Positions 26,743 through 40,862 are shown, numbered from the whole stretch's first letter. The stretch is 63,885 nt of DNA, filler included, from Octopus bimaculoides (GCF_001194135.2; 7 parts of 7 records of this genome joined end to end with filler, not necessarily neighbours in it), one strand, 5' to 3'. The notes: generated by a model not told the origin, from the letters alone. Program-made: numbers and translations.

Positions 26743-27318
26743 AGAGTAACAAAGTAATTATTAAGCAAACTTTCTCCCTAGGATTTTTCGAAATCTAAAG
26801 CTGTAGATAAGGAATGGATATCGAATAACATTCCATTCATATCTCTGAATGTTTGGGACAACGCCGTTTGCCAATTGCTTGTTACGAGAAATAAGCAGAA
26901 TTTTCTTTTTTCCGTATTTGAAATACAAATCGTAGCTATAGCATTTGAAAACTGTTTAGAGGGATAAAGACCGAAAAGAAAACAAATCTTGATTTATAAT
27001 AAAATTTAGTTTAATTCAAATCTATATCCTTGCCAATAATTTAACATGATAAATTAATAGCTGGAAAATTAATTGCGTCTCTACATAAATGTAAATGTGA
27101 TTTTAGATGTCGCAAACATGCACTAGTTTTTGTTTTTGTTTTGGAGGTTTGAGAAACATTTCTCAATTTGAAAGTCACTGGTGTATAATAATCAGGGGTC
27201 ATTGTCATATTCACATTTTGTAGTCACATACTCCACATAGGGCATTTGAAATGACACCACAAGACATTTCGAGATATTGCTCTAGTTCTTCCCCCTATTA
27301 ATATTTCAGACTATTTCC

Positions 27319-27359
<41 letters not shown>

Positions 27360-30223
27360 NNNNNNNNNNNNNNNNNNNNNNNNNNNNNNNNNNNNNNNNN
27401 NNNNNNNNNNNNNNNNNNNNNNNNNNNNNNNNNNNNNNNNNNNNNNNNNNNNNNNNNNNNNNNNNNATATATATATATAAATATATATATACAGATAAAT
27501 AGATAGCTAGATAGACAGATTTATATATATACACACATATATACATACACAAAACAGACATGCAAACATGTATAGTCGCACATTTGCATATATTTACACG
27601 AGTGCATTCGTGTTTGTGTTTGTACAGCTATGCGCGTAAGTGTATGTGCAAACAGAATTATAATTTATTACTGAAAGTGATCATGGAAATCATTTTAAAT
27701 AACTGAAGTATACCCATGTGCTACGTAATACCTATTCCTGATTCATAAGCGCATACTTTAATCGGCATCCGTAGGATGAGAACATGTTTTCTCATGTTGA
27801 AATGTTTTCTTATTATTTTATTTTATCTTGGTGGATCCTTGTTTCGTGCTGGATTTGATGGTCAGTGATGCCGAAAAATATGCTGTAAAATAGAACCCGT
27901 AGTAATTAATTTCATTATCACACTGTGTCTTTTACATACGATTGGTTACATATTATTTCTGCTTAGTCATTGCTTATTCTCTAAGAGAATTATTAATTTC
28001 TCGTTGGAGATCAAAGAAACGGCTGTTGTTGTTAGTGCATAAAGTATATGTATGGATGTCTAGTAAATCCTAAATATCTACATCAGATGTTACTTTTTGA
28101 TTATATTAGTACAATCAATTGTTTTACTTTTCTCCCATATGTTTACTTTTCATTGAAAATAATTTAATTATGAGCAACATGATATCTTTTTGCTCATTAT
28201 TAGATGATAATATTCATGCAGTATAATTCTGGATATCGCAGGACATTTTTTATTTATTCAAATCTATCTACAAAATGAAGAACTTATAAAAGTTTCCTAA
28301 AGGTACAAAAAATTTAAAAAAATATTTTTCACAATATCGTTTTAAATTCCACCAGAAAAATTGTAACAGCTATAGATACAAATAAATCAATGCGGTAGCA
28401 CATGACATGCCCATAAAATGCAGCTTCGAAGACAAATTAAAATGCTAAAAAACAAAATCAACTTTAATCACAATGAAAGCCTGCAAAACCGATTTCGACA
28501 ATTCCCCCAACACATTTCAGACACATTAACCCTGCCAAAAGAGATCTATAAACCTCAGATGGAAGAAACACGGAATTAAAACAATCTACACTTTTCAGTA
28601 TGAGGTATAATACCGCAGCAATTAAAATGGTATAATGGAGTAGAAAATAAAGATGAATGTAAACGTATTCATTCATTGACAATTGCCTCGGGATATACAA
28701 CAAAAAGCCTTCCGATTCACTAAGGTATAATCGAACATCACACCAGTCATTTGATGATAATTGTTCATAGCATGTGATCGTTACTTTTCGTGTAAGTTAT
28801 TTTTTAGCTGAAAAAGACAGTACAGGCGATGTGCATGTTAATGAACACAGTTTTGACTTCCTCTATTTCTATAAAGTAGCAGGACTCAACATCTGCTTCA
28901 TTGAAAGTTGTGGTCTTGAAATCAACTGGGGAACGTACTATTACGACAGGTTTCTCTTCATTCTCGTTGTTACTGTATTTCGATAGTTGTTCCAGCTCGA
29001 TTCTGATTTCTTTTCGTGTTTAACATCCTGCATAAATGTCACGTGTCACCATTTTCCCTCAAGTTAAGTCATAAAATAAATATACAACATCTCTAGCTTG
29101 GGATCATTATTTGGAAAACGTAAATACTTATCGCCAGGAAACCATAGAAATCGTAAAATGTTGACTCAATATCAAGCATCCAAAATATAGAACTTGTATT
29201 ACAAACAATGATATACACTTGCGAATTTCATCTACAAAATACACTCAGTTCTCATAAATAATAATAACAACAAATGCGTGATAGTGAGCTAATATGATAA
29301 GAAGTTTCATAGCATTAAGTCTGTTTAAATGGGATTCGAAATATATTAGTCCTAAATACTCGTATATACTGCTAAGATTTTACTCGGTTTGCTAACGATT
29401 CTACCAGATCGCAGCCTTAATCCATCAGAAAAAATCCTTTCTACTATCTGTACAAGTTCTGAAATTTGGAGAAATGAGGTTAGTCGATTACATCTTCCAC
29501 CCCACTTTCGTACATTAATGGTACTTGTTTCATCGTCCTAAAATTTATGAAATTTAAAAGTCGGCTTCAGCTGTATTTGAACTCAATCCATTTTCAAATA
29601 ATAGTGATAGAAATTGTTGCAATTAGACCTTGTTTGCACAAGGTTATTGGAAAGCTGTATCATTTAGATTTGATAATTTTATTGCTTAATCTAAGGATAA
29701 CAATTACCATGCGAGTCTAATACCACGGAATTTCTGTCTGGATTTTCCTGTCGTTTATAAAAATTCAGTGATATTCTTCTGAGTCTATTTATTATCCAAA
29801 TATTATTCAAGTACAACTGTACAATATAAACATTGTTAAAATTTCTAAAAATTAGAAAATACTAGCGTTAATATATTCCGAAATCCATAGAGATAAAATT
29901 ATTAAACAAATTTGAAAATACTTGCACAAAATAATGTAACGATATAACAAAACATTCCCGCTTATCTAAGATATTTCTGCAAAATCAAATATGCTTAGCA
30001 CTCCATAAAAGTAAATGGTGCTTCAATACTTACAATGAATGCATTAGATACAATTATAAAACATTTGATCCATTGCAGCGTATAAACACATATTCATAAA
30101 ATTCTGAACAGTATGTATATATGTATGCATATGTATATTTGTATCTATATATATGTAAACATATATATATATATATATANNNNNNNNNNNNNNNNNNNNN
30201 NNNNNNNNNNNNNNNNNNNNNNN

Positions 30224-30235
30224 TTAATTAATTAA
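30224..30235. other. Artificial assembly linker TTAATTAATTAA inside a 100-bp N spacer (also 40954, 47597, 54441, 60854, 62588)
   Basis: The identical 12-mer, a stop in all six frames, is embedded in N runs six times (44 N on each side where counted). Confidence 0.95.
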
Positions 30236-30279
30236 NNNNNNNNNNNNNNNNNNNNNNNNNNNNNNNNNNNNNNNNNNNN

Positions 30280-30595
30280 TAGATATTTCTCCTGCAGCTG
30301 TCTCACTAGAAATATGGCATCAGTGGTGCTTTTACCTGGCATGAACCCAAACTGCATCTCATCTAAATTGATTTGCTCCCTAATTAGTTGGGCTATGACC
30401 CTCTCCGTAACTTTCATAACCTGATCTAACAGCTTGATGCCTCTGTAATTATTAGTGTCTAAAGCGTCACCTTTACCTTTGTAGCAGTTTACTATGGTGC
30501 TGCTACACCAGTCATTGGGTATGACTCCTTCGGGTATCACCTGGTTCGTAATACGGGTGACTAGGCTGTAGCCAACACTGCCAGATACTTTGAGT
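30280..30595 (-). mobile_element. RTE-clade LINE RT fragment (well preserved)
   Basis: IPNDWCSSTIVNCYKGKGDALDTNNYRGIKLLDQVMKVTERVIAQLIREQINLDEMQFGFMPGKSTTDAIFLVRQLQEKYL, truncated by a gap. Confidence 0.95.
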
Positions 30596-30708
30596 ATGTT
30601 ATATCATTGGACAGTGTTTGTAAACTACAACCTTTAAGAGACAGGATCCTCTCAGTGGGCATTGGTAAAATTTCAGCAGTTATAGATGAGTTGATGGCTG
30701 TTGGTTGT

Positions 30709-30816
<108 letters not shown>

Positions 30817-30856
30817 TGTTTAAAGGACCCAGATGTTTAAAGTAGCTTCCTGCATT

Positions 30857-31252
30857 CAAAGAATGAGGAGTGGTTGTGTTTTCAACTTTATCTTCACCAA
30901 GCATATAACTTGATTAGATTAAGTGGGGCAAAGATTTGATTTTGATTAAGGTATAGCTGATCCAAGTGAATAAGTTCTCTTTGTGAACATGCACATGCAC
31001 TTGTACATGTATTTTGAAGCAGTCTGTGCATGTGTATTCTAATAAAGGCTATCTATCTATCTCAATAGAGAGAGTCTTTACTAGAATATATATAAATAGT
31101 TTGCCTCAGAATACATGTGCACAAATCAGACTTGTTCTCTTGGATCAACCATACTTTAATCAAATACAAATCTTTGCCAAACTTTATCTAATGAAGTTAC
31201 ATGCTTAGTGAAGATAAAGTTGAAAACACAACCACTCTTCACTCAGTCTTTG
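30857..31252. mobile_element. Fold-back/MITE-like element with ~160-bp inverted arms
   Basis: GAGTGGTTGTGTTTTCAACTTTATCTTCACCAAGCAT (left) is the reverse complement of ATGCTTAGTGAAGATAAAGTTGAAAACACAACCACTC (right, 1 mismatch). Similarity continues inward to ~31025/31095. Confidence 0.8.
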
Positions 31253-32654
31253 CAAAGCTTTGGTTGTGCTATAGTTGCAGACACTTACCCCAGATACTGT
31301 GCAGTGTGTCTGTGTGCAAGACCACATAGTTGAGAAGCAAGCTTCTTACCACACAGCCATAACTTAAATGTGCTCCACTAGTGTAGATTTTGATCAATGC
31401 TCAGCATTTGTTTGTGATAAAAATAGGCTTCTAAGATTATTTATGGTGTAAACCCAGAACAAACATTATGTTGGACATATTTATACTCAATGAAATTACT
31501 CAAGAGAAATATATATATATGCAAAGTAAAGTGAGTGTGCCAAGCTAGAAGTGACAGTGCTGTAAGTTAATTTCAGACAAACAAGTAAACTTCTCAAAAT
31601 GATGTATGTGTGAATGTGTAATTGTACAGGTGTGTGAACAATAAATATTTTACATCTATTTTCTGTGTTGTCATAAAACTGATTTCTTAATTTGGTTGAA
31701 TCAGTTGAGTTGGAGAGAGAGGCAAATTGGAAGTTTGACATCAGAACTTTTCCCAAAGTATTAGCCGTGTAAATGGAAAGCTTCTAGCTTGCTGCTGCTG
31801 CTCTTCCTTCCCCTTCTACTACTACTACTACTACTACTACTACTTTAAAGTCTGTTTCTGAAAATAATAGTTGTAATGTTGATTTCTAACAAAAAAAAGA
31901 ACATAAAGTTTAAGGACTAGGGTTTAGTTATTTGAATTGATTTCAGTACTTAACTGGTTATTTCATTCCCCCAGAGCAATGAATAACAAATTGAACACGG
32001 GAGAATGTTAAGGAACAAAACTTTTATATATACTTAGTCCAACACTCTATCACTTCTGCTAGTAGACCTCAAATAGCATAATAAATATCATTTCTAGTGT
32101 TAGCCTGAGCTTTTAAGTTTTAGAGAATGGGGTACACTTGAGTTTATTAGCCTCAGTACTTGATTGGCGTTTATTTCATTGACAGAAGGGTGACAAGTCA
32201 GATCAACTTCCACAGCATTTAAACTCAGTAAGACCAAGGCATGTAACTCAATTCAAGATATATTGTTGACATCATAAAAATTTATAAACTTTTGAGAAAA
32301 CATGAAATAATTCTTGATTGGAATTGGTTCTTGAAGTACATGTAAATCTATAAATAATAGCATGTAAATATTGGGCTGAAAATCACATTTTGGATAGAAA
32401 AAGGCCCTGTGGGACATTTACATGCTATTATTTATAGCCTTATTTGTGCTTCGAGGACTAATTTCAAAAAAGGAATTACAGCAAAGTATGTCTTATGCAG
32501 TGAACTGTTGAATGTACCAAAGTAATATTTTTTGTGTTTTTACAAAACCACAGATTTGTTGGTTGTAGTAAATGTGAATGGGATGAAGGTGGCAAGCTTG
32601 TGGAATCATGAGAGCATGGTTTTTGTGCCTAAATCAGAAATAATAATATTAAAA

Positions 32655-34780
32655 ATGGTTTCAAATTTTCGCATGAGGCCAGCAATTTATGATCAATTTT
32701 ACATTGATCCCAGTACATGACTGGTACTTTAATTTATTGGCCCCAGAGGGGAGAAAGTCAAAGTTAACCCTAGTGAAATTTGAACACAAAATGTAATAAG
32801 TCAGAAGAAATGTCACTAAGCATTTTGTCCAACACTCAAATAAGTGGTTTTGTCAGCTCACCACCTTATTATTAATAATAATCCTTTCTACTATAGGCAC
32901 AAGGCCTGAAATTTCAGAGGAGGGGGCTAGTCGATTACATCAACCCCACTACTCAACTGGTACTAATTTTATCAACCCCCAAAAGGATGAACAGCAAAGT
33001 CAACCCCAGCAGAATTTGAACTCAGAACATAAAGACAGAAAAAATGCCGCTAAGCATTTCACCCAGTGTGNNNNNNNNNNNNNNNNNNNNNNNNNNNNNN
33101 NNNNNNNNNNNNNNNNNNNNNNNNNNNNNNNNNNNNNNNNNNNNNNNNNNNNNNNNNNNNNNNNNNNNNNNNNNNNNNNNNNNNNNNNNNNNNNNNNNNN
33201 NNNNNNNNNNNNNNNNNNNNNNNNNNNNNNNNNNNNNNNNNNNNNNNNNNNNNNNNNNNNNNNNNNNNNNNNNNNNNNNNNNNNNNNNNNNNNNNNNNNN
33301 NNNNNNNNNNNNNNNNNNNNNNNNNNNNNNNNNNNNNNNNNNNNNNNNNNNNNNNNNNNNNNNNNNNNNNNNNNNNNNNNNNNNNNNNNNNNNNNNNNNN
33401 NNNNNNNNNNNNNNNNNNNNNNNNNNNNNNNNNNNNNNNNNNNNNNNNNNNNNNNNNNNNNNNNNNNNNNNNNNNNNNNNNNNNNNNNNNNNNNNNNNNN
33501 NNNNNNNNNNNNNNNNNNNTTAATAATAATCCTTTCTACTATAGGCACAAGGCCTGAAATTTCAGAGGAGGGGGCTAGTCGATTACATCAACCCCACTAC
33601 TCAACTGGTACTAATTTTATCAACCCCCAAAAGGATGAACAGCAAAGTCAACCCCAGCAGAATTTGAACTCAGAACATAAAGACAGAAAAAATGCCGCTA
33701 AGCATTTCACCCAGTGTGCTAATGATTCTGCCAGCTTGCCACCTTAATAATAATAATGGTTTAAAATTTCAGCAATTTCAGCAGAGAGAGTAAGCCAATG
33801 ACAGTGACTGCAGTGTTCAACTGGTACTTATTTTATCAACCCTGAAAGGATGAAAGGCAAAGTCAACCTCAGTGGAATTTGAACTCAGAACATAAAGACA
33901 TACCCCTGAGCATTTTGCTAAGCACAGTAACAATTCTGCCAGCTCGCTGCCTTAATAATCTCCTAATATGATAATGAGCGTAGTGTTTTTATATATTTGT
34001 CCAGAATCACGCCGGTCGCAGAGGAGAAGAGAAAATAGTAATTCAGTGAAGGAGAAGTAGTGAGAGTAATAGCCCTGGTTGAGAGGGAGTGAGAGAAAGT
34101 AATAGCAATGAGAGAAAGGAAGGGGTAATAGATGAATAAGGAAGGAAGGGGCGAAAAAAATCAGCATTTCAACTCTGTGTGTGTATATGTGTGTATGCGT
34201 GTGTGTGTGTGTGTGTGTGTGTGTACAAGGGAAGTATGTGAATGTTTGTATGTGTGATTATTATGTACCTTATTTATTTATAAGATACTACAATTAGTGG
34301 TCATTATTGATGGCACATTGTCAGCTAGTAATAATAATAATAAAGCACAAGGCCAGCAGTTTTTAAGTAATGAAATTAGTCAATAAAATCAGTCTCTATA
34401 CTTGACTGGCACTTTGTTTTATCATCTTCAAAAAGATGAAAGGCAAAGTTAACCTCAGCATGATTTGAACTCAGAACATAAAGAGTCCTAACTAAATATT
34501 GCTGGGCATTCTGTCCAACATTCCAACAATTTTCCATCACTCTTAATAATAATAATAATCCTTTCTACTATAGGGACAAGGCCTGAAATTTTGGATAGGA
34601 AGACCAGTTTGATTAAATTGGCCCCAGTGATCAACTAGTACTTATTTCATTGACCCTAAAAGGATGAATGGCAAAGGTGACCTCAGCGGAATTTGAACTC
34701 AGAATATAAAGACAGATGGAATGGCGCTAAGCATTTTGCCTAATGCAGTAACAATTCTGCCAGTTCACTGCCTTATATTA
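32655..34780 (-). mobile_element. Cluster of five co-oriented SINE family A copies separated or flanked by (TAA)n
   Basis: Copies at ~32655-32867, 32881-33070 (duplicated at 33530-33746 across a gap), 33757-33954, 34340-34545 and 34558-34776. All are CpG-decayed. Confidence 0.9.
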
Positions 34781-35579
34781 ATAATAATGATGATGATGAT
34801 GATGATAACAACAATTACAACAACACCAGTAGTATTCATATAATTGCTTTAATCATATTCTGCTTAAAAAGTTGCTGACTTTCTGTATTCTAAGATATCA
34901 GTGAAATAGCTACCTAATGAAACTTTCTAAATCTTTCTCCACTTTGTGTCTGTAATCAAATGGCCTAGACCCTAATTTTTCCTGTATTTCTCTCCTCCCT
35001 ATTGTTCAAGATTGACAACTTCTTTGTCTGTCTCCATTCTCCCTACCCACCCATCTTGTAAGCTTTTCGGTAATTATTTAGGGGTTCCTATTATTCATCT
35101 GGTCTCTTTGGATTTATCCTCTCTACACTCAAATATTATGCTTGGTTGTCACTAACCCAGAAGCTCGAAGTCAAACACCTCCTACTGCATGTAAAACATA
35201 ATGAAGCTGCTCAGCAGATCTCTTGTTGTTGTTCTTCTTCTTCTTTTTCTTCTCCTTCTTGCCTCATATCAACCCTGAGTGAGCAGACCTATGATCCGAT
35301 CCATTAAAAATTTGACTCTCTTCTTTTGTAAGAATAGGTGTTCATACATAAATGCATGCATGCATGGTTATGCCCATAGCTGTATATGTATGTGTGTGTG
35401 TGTGTGTATATATATATGTGTGTGTATATATGTATGTTTGTATATATGTGTGTGTGTATACATATGTGTATATATGTATGTGTATGTGTATATACATGTG
35501 TGTATATGTATGTGTGTATGTATATGTATGCATTTGTGTATGTGTATATATATATATATATGTGTGTGTGGATGTATGT

Positions 35580-35765
35580 TGTGCCGGCGGCACATAAAAG
35601 CACCCACTACACTCTCAGAGTGGTTGGCGTTAGGAAGGGCATCCAGCTGTAGAAACTCTGCCACATCAGATTGGGGCCTGGTGCAACCTTCTCGCTTGCC
35701 AGTCCTCAGTCAAATCGTCCAACCCATGCTAGCATGGAAAGCGGGCGTTAAATGATGATGATGAT
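35580..35765 (+). mobile_element. SINE family C, 3' part, with (GAT)n tail
   Basis: GGCACATAAAAGCACCCACTACACTCTC..GTGGTTGGCGTTAGGAAGGGCATCCAGCTGTAGAAAC...GCATGGAAAGCGG.CGTTAAA.GATGATG. Homologous to 43551-43848. Confidence 0.85.
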
Positions 35766-36784
35766 CCTCATCAGCATCATTTTAATGTCTACTTTTCCAG
35801 GCTTGCATGAGTCAGGCAGAATTCATTGAGGCAGATTCATTATGACCAGATGTCCTTCCTGTCAGCACTTGTATGAAGGATGTAGTACTCATTTACAATT
35901 GTTGCACAACCTTATGACAAGGATACATTACACTCACACATTTTTATGCAAGTTCTGTTGCTCTGCCAGGTGCACCTTCATGGTTTTGAAGTATGTGCAG
36001 CAGTCTTTTTGTGTGTGTAAGATTGTGTTTGGGTGCTACATTTATTTTGCTTTGTTGTGGAGGTTTGTTTTGTTTCTGGTGTTACTTCTGTATTTCATCT
36101 TTTTGCTGTGTAGAATCTGTGCTGTGATGTGTTATTTTGTAGGGTAGTGTTTCTTTCTGTAACAGCCACAGCAGGCACTGGCACCCTTTGCACCCATTAG
36201 GACAAGTAGGTTCCACTCACTACAGATTAGCTACTCAGATAATGCCAACGATTGTTTTCTCTATGTCTTGTGTGAATTGTTCTATACATTGCAATGTTAG
36301 GTGATTGTTGTGGATGGCAGTTGTGTAGAATGTCAGTTGTTATTGTTATAGTATTGTTATAGTATTTGGTGTTAACTATGTAAGAGTTAGTGTTGTGTAT
36401 ACAGGTTGTTGTTTAGTTCAGGCCATCCCTAATTAAAGACCTATGATCAAAGGTCTTCCAGCCATGACCCTCCAGTGTGTGGTTTAAGCAAGATTTACCT
36501 GCTAATTCTAGCTGAGAAAGTGACTGCATAACGACTCTAATTTATTGAGTTTTGAACATATAGAATATGTTTTATCTAAGTTGTGTTGTTGGATGGTGTT
36601 TGTATGAAGTATGTGTTGTATGTTTTGTGTTATTTCATTAGGTTGTGGTGTTTGTATGAAGAATGGCATTGTATGGAGCAGGTGCTGTGTAAGTTGTATT
36701 ATTTTATTAGGTTATATGAACTGTGTTTTGTATTTTTATGCAGAGATTAAGCTGAGTTGTGCTATTGAATTGGCTGTGTCTGGC

Positions 36785-37200
36785 ATAGGACGATGTAGGT
36801 TGTACCTAGCAGGACTATTTTTGGTACTGTTCCATAACTCACATCCTGTTTATCTTTGTTTCAAGATCCTTGAACATTACAAGGTTCCCAGCCTACTTCC
36901 GGGCAATATTTTAATCAGACGAGATTGCTATGTCTCTCAGAGTATAGAAATTTTTATTCCTATTCTTGATAATTATATATGGAAAGTTTCTTTTGACCTC
37001 CTTGTCAGTCTAGACAGGCTTATCTCAGACTGAGGCTAGTTCATCAACACGTAATGTATTTAGTATTTAAACCACTTCTTTTCTGTTTTCATGTCAAAGT
37101 GTTATTTGTGATTAGGCAGTCACCACACACAGTTAGAATCAGATCTTCCATTTCAGTTGTTAGCCCAGAACTTTGAGTTATTATAGGCTTTTACTCTTGC
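36785..37200 (-). mobile_element. R4/Dong-type LINE fossil, restriction-like endonuclease C-terminus
   Basis: TDKEVKRNFPYIIIKN...DIAISSD*NI..K...FKDLETKINRM and PKIVLLGTTYIV (cf. TD..I..NRPDIII.D...DV.IP.D.NI..KE.EK..KY.DL..EI..MW...QK.VL.GTA.IL). Confidence 0.7.
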
Positions 37201-39289
37201 TTATTACCTGAAGAGTCATGCAGAACGGTGACCAAAGAGTAGCTTTTCTCTCCATTTAAAAAAAATTTAATGTCTTTTAGGATTCTGTTTTAATTTTGTC
37301 TTCTGTTTTTTGTTAACTTTTTCTGTTTTGTTCTTGTTTCTGCTTTGTCCTTTATTGTTTCCTTGTGCATAGAGCAAAAGTGTTTTGACTTTTTGCATTC
37401 CTTTACTCTTTTATTCGTTTATTGGCTTCTGCAGTTGGACTGTGGCCATGTTGGGGCACTGTCTTGAAAAGTTTAGTTGATCAGATCTCTTGATATTGTT
37501 GTATGTATCATAACAAAATTTGGCCACAGAGTGGAGAGATGATGATCCCAAAATGAACTTGTGGGTGAATACTAGTCAGTTGAAACAGTAGGTAAGGCCT
37601 CACATCAGTGGGGTGAGGGACAGTGCACTGTAAAGCCATCGAGAGGAAGACCCCAAACAAGGCACATTATCTCCTGATGCTCCCTGTAACCTTCTGGCAT
37701 CCAGTATGCAGGGGTTTTTGACTGCACTTGCACTCACAAGCTGTTGCCAAGTCTCTTGATCTGTCAAGTTGTTAGTGAGTGTTGGCATCTTTCAAGAAAG
37801 GAACGCTAATTATAGGGATGTGGAAATATATAGTTGTCAGAATTGTTAGTTCAATGGAAAAATTGCTTCAGAGTATTTGTTCCAGTTCTGAGACCAAATC
37901 TCACTGAGGTTAATTTTCCCCTCCATCCATTTGGTGTTGATTAAATAAAGTACCAGTCAAGTACTGGGATTAATCACATTGACTAACCTCCTCCCTACCA
38001 AATTACTGGCCTGTGCCTAAGTCAGAAACAATTATCTTATAATAAATATAGTTTTCAAAGATGTTCTCAACTTAAAATTGCACATTCAGCACTATCTGCA
38101 TTGACCTTACACCTTCTCAAGAATCAGGTACTTAAGAAAAATATAAAATCTCCAAAGAAATTATGTATTTCTATAAACTTCCAGCCAGCTTATAATTTTC
38201 AAAATGACTTAGAATTTCCACAGGTACTGCCAGTCATTATTATTACTATATTGACATGGGATTTAGCAGAGTTTTAGAATTCATTGCCTTAGTAACCTTG
38301 AGGTTTGGGGATTTAGAGTATATAAAAATTTACCATTTCATTTTTTTGTCTTTCTAATTTAATATTTCATGATTTTTAAAATTTTCTTGCTGAATTTTTT
38401 TAACTAAATCATATTTTAAATTTTATCACAAACTTGTCTTTTATTTTCTTATACAGACATGTGTGCATATGCATGCACACACACACACACATACACACAC
38501 ACACAACACACACTTCACTGCTCACACATAACTGCTATTTATTGCTCTGTTGAATTAACTTAGTCTTGTCATTATGCAGTAATTGTAGTCAAATCTAGTT
38601 CACATTTCTATTTGCTAAGCTACCATCATTGATAACCAGATGTGCAGCTGAATAGAGAGTGGGATGTGGAATGGTATCAGGAAGGCAGGGGGTCATAAAA
38701 GTGCTTTTTATGATTTTTAGTGCCAGGAATGCATCTCTGCTAAACATAGCCAATGTAGAAGTAGTGTTTACTAGAACCTCTAGCCTCCAGCTTGCTTGTT
38801 AAAAATACTACTTTATATTGGTTAGTTTTCTTCAATTTTCAAAGTAAGTTGTAAACAGCAAACACTTCAACTATATGTTTGAACAAAGATAGCAGAATAA
38901 ATGGCAAAAATTATGAATTAGCAAATATTTTGACAAAATATTTCAACAAAGAAAATAGATTATCTGTGAAAACTGTGTATAGAAACAAAATTGAAATCAT
39001 AAATCATCTATTGAGGATAAATAATAGGTTTGTGGAGCAGTAAAGATTTTAATCATAAGTTGAAACAAAATGATTAAGCTAACCTCTGTAAGATAACTTT
39101 TCCTGATCTTAAATAATACTCATTGTTCAGCATCATTTCTATGGTCATTACTATCCATTGGTTTTCTTGTTTTATTTATTTATTTGTCCAGTCCTCATCA
39201 AGAACAACTTTTATGTCATCCCTTTTCAAGCTAACCTGGTTTTTTTTTGTGTGTGATATACTCTATCCTCTTATAATTGGTATAGGAAA

Positions 39290-40480
39290 TTAACTAACCT
39301 TCTTTCTTCAACTCTCTTTGCTAGATATATCTGAAATCTAGCTCTCTGCCTGACCTTTCTGTATAGTTTTCTTCTTTTCTTGTTTTAGTTTTTATTAAAT
39401 CACATCAAAGCCTGTAGTTTATCTCTTGTAGTCTTAGCTATTACATTACTCCTTCATTCTTAACTTAATCTCTGCTTCCAGTAGTCCAGCAGTCCTCACT
39501 GCTATGAGAGTTCTTTATCTGTATCTCTTATTGGATATAAATATTTACTACTGATATTTCCTCCTTTTTTTTTTCTTTCTAATTTTGTCTTTTCTTTGTA
39601 CCATCATTTCTTTCCTCTATGTTTACCAACTATTATACTGGAGATTCATTCTTCCCAAGGGATAGACTTTATGTTTAAAGCATTGAAAGAACTGATATCT
39701 TTTGATCTGAGAAAGTTTTACCTCATAAAGCAAAATAATGTAGGATCACTAAGATTATAATGATGCACATATGTATGTACAAGTATGTTATGATCCTAAA
39801 TAATATTTTAATGTCCATTTTACATTTTTACATTTTGCTAGAGGTTGGACAAGTCTGCTGCATAGTATATAATCAATTCTGTTAAACTTTTGTCATCTAG
39901 TCTGTAAGACCTAACATTCTGAGATCTGACCTGATCATTTTCTACATTTCTTCAATTTATTTTTCATTGGCATTTTCTTTATTTCACATACATTTTATAT
40001 GCTTGTACAAGGGTCTTCTTCTCTCTTGCACACCTCACTTTTTTGTCTTCAATACTTTACTTTTTTCATTCCCTCAGTTCACTTGTGCTCTACATTTCAT
40101 ACAAATGATCATTAAACTTCTCTTCAGCTTCTGTTATCCTTGGTAAAGCATCTATATTCAATGCTTATGTTTCACTACCATACTTCTTATGCACTCAGGT
40201 ATGCTTCATGCCTAACAATCAACAGCTTCCTAAATTCTGTTTTTCTCTTCCTTACTTTATAATCAATTATTGTACTAATCATATTATTGATGTGACAAAC
40301 TATCAAGTATGTTTATGATCCATCTGAGCAGTTTATCAACTTCATTTCATGGTTGCTCTTACTGCTAACTACTTCTGTACACTTATCATATACGAAGTCC
40401 TTCAGCTATCATTTCTAAAGTCCTCATTCCCTGTCAGTCTACCATCTTTTCCTCCACTACTTTTCTGTATCCATGAATAG
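39290..40480 (-). mobile_element. Old, CpG-stripped RTE LINE remnant
   Basis: LYRKVRQRARFQIYLAKRVEE (RTE EN-RT linker-like) at ~39300-39365; nucleotide similarity to RTE RT C-terminal coding sequence at ~40150-40400. Confidence 0.45.
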
Positions 40481-40862
40481 ATAGTTGAATATATTATTGC
40501 ATAATACAGCAATATTCATAAGATTGAATTCAAACAAAACAATTGTAAATTTATGTAATAAAAGGACTTGTTTACTGATGATATCTATATATTTATTTTA
40601 TTTTATTCACCTATCCTGAAATCTACACTTCGTAAATATTATAGACAGTATTTTTAATATAAAGTACATGTCTGAATAGCTAAGAGCAGATTTCTTCACT
40701 CAGCTGGGTCTTATTATCTGCATACACTGTAAGAATATCATGTGGCCGGCACTTGTGCACCAAGTCTGATATTCATTTAATATTGTTGAGTATGCATGTT
40801 ACTCAGACCTAACATGGTGCCTCACTTTAAGTACCTAATTCAAGTGAATCTTAATTGTGTAT

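Noticed and set aside
28774-29010. Protein-like minus-strand frame (ELEQLSKYSNNENEEKPVVIVRSPVDF...)
   Set aside because: No start or acceptor in frame, no donor, and no recognisable homology.
32655-34780. Regularly recurring ~200-bp units superficially resembling a repeat-spacer array
   Set aside because: Eukaryotic SINE copies with microsatellite spacers. No CRISPR repeat-spacer geometry and no cas genes.
37208-37240. CTGAAGA-GTCA...TGAC-CAAAA
   Set aside because: A 4-bp stem II is present, but there is no GAAA and no compatible stem I.
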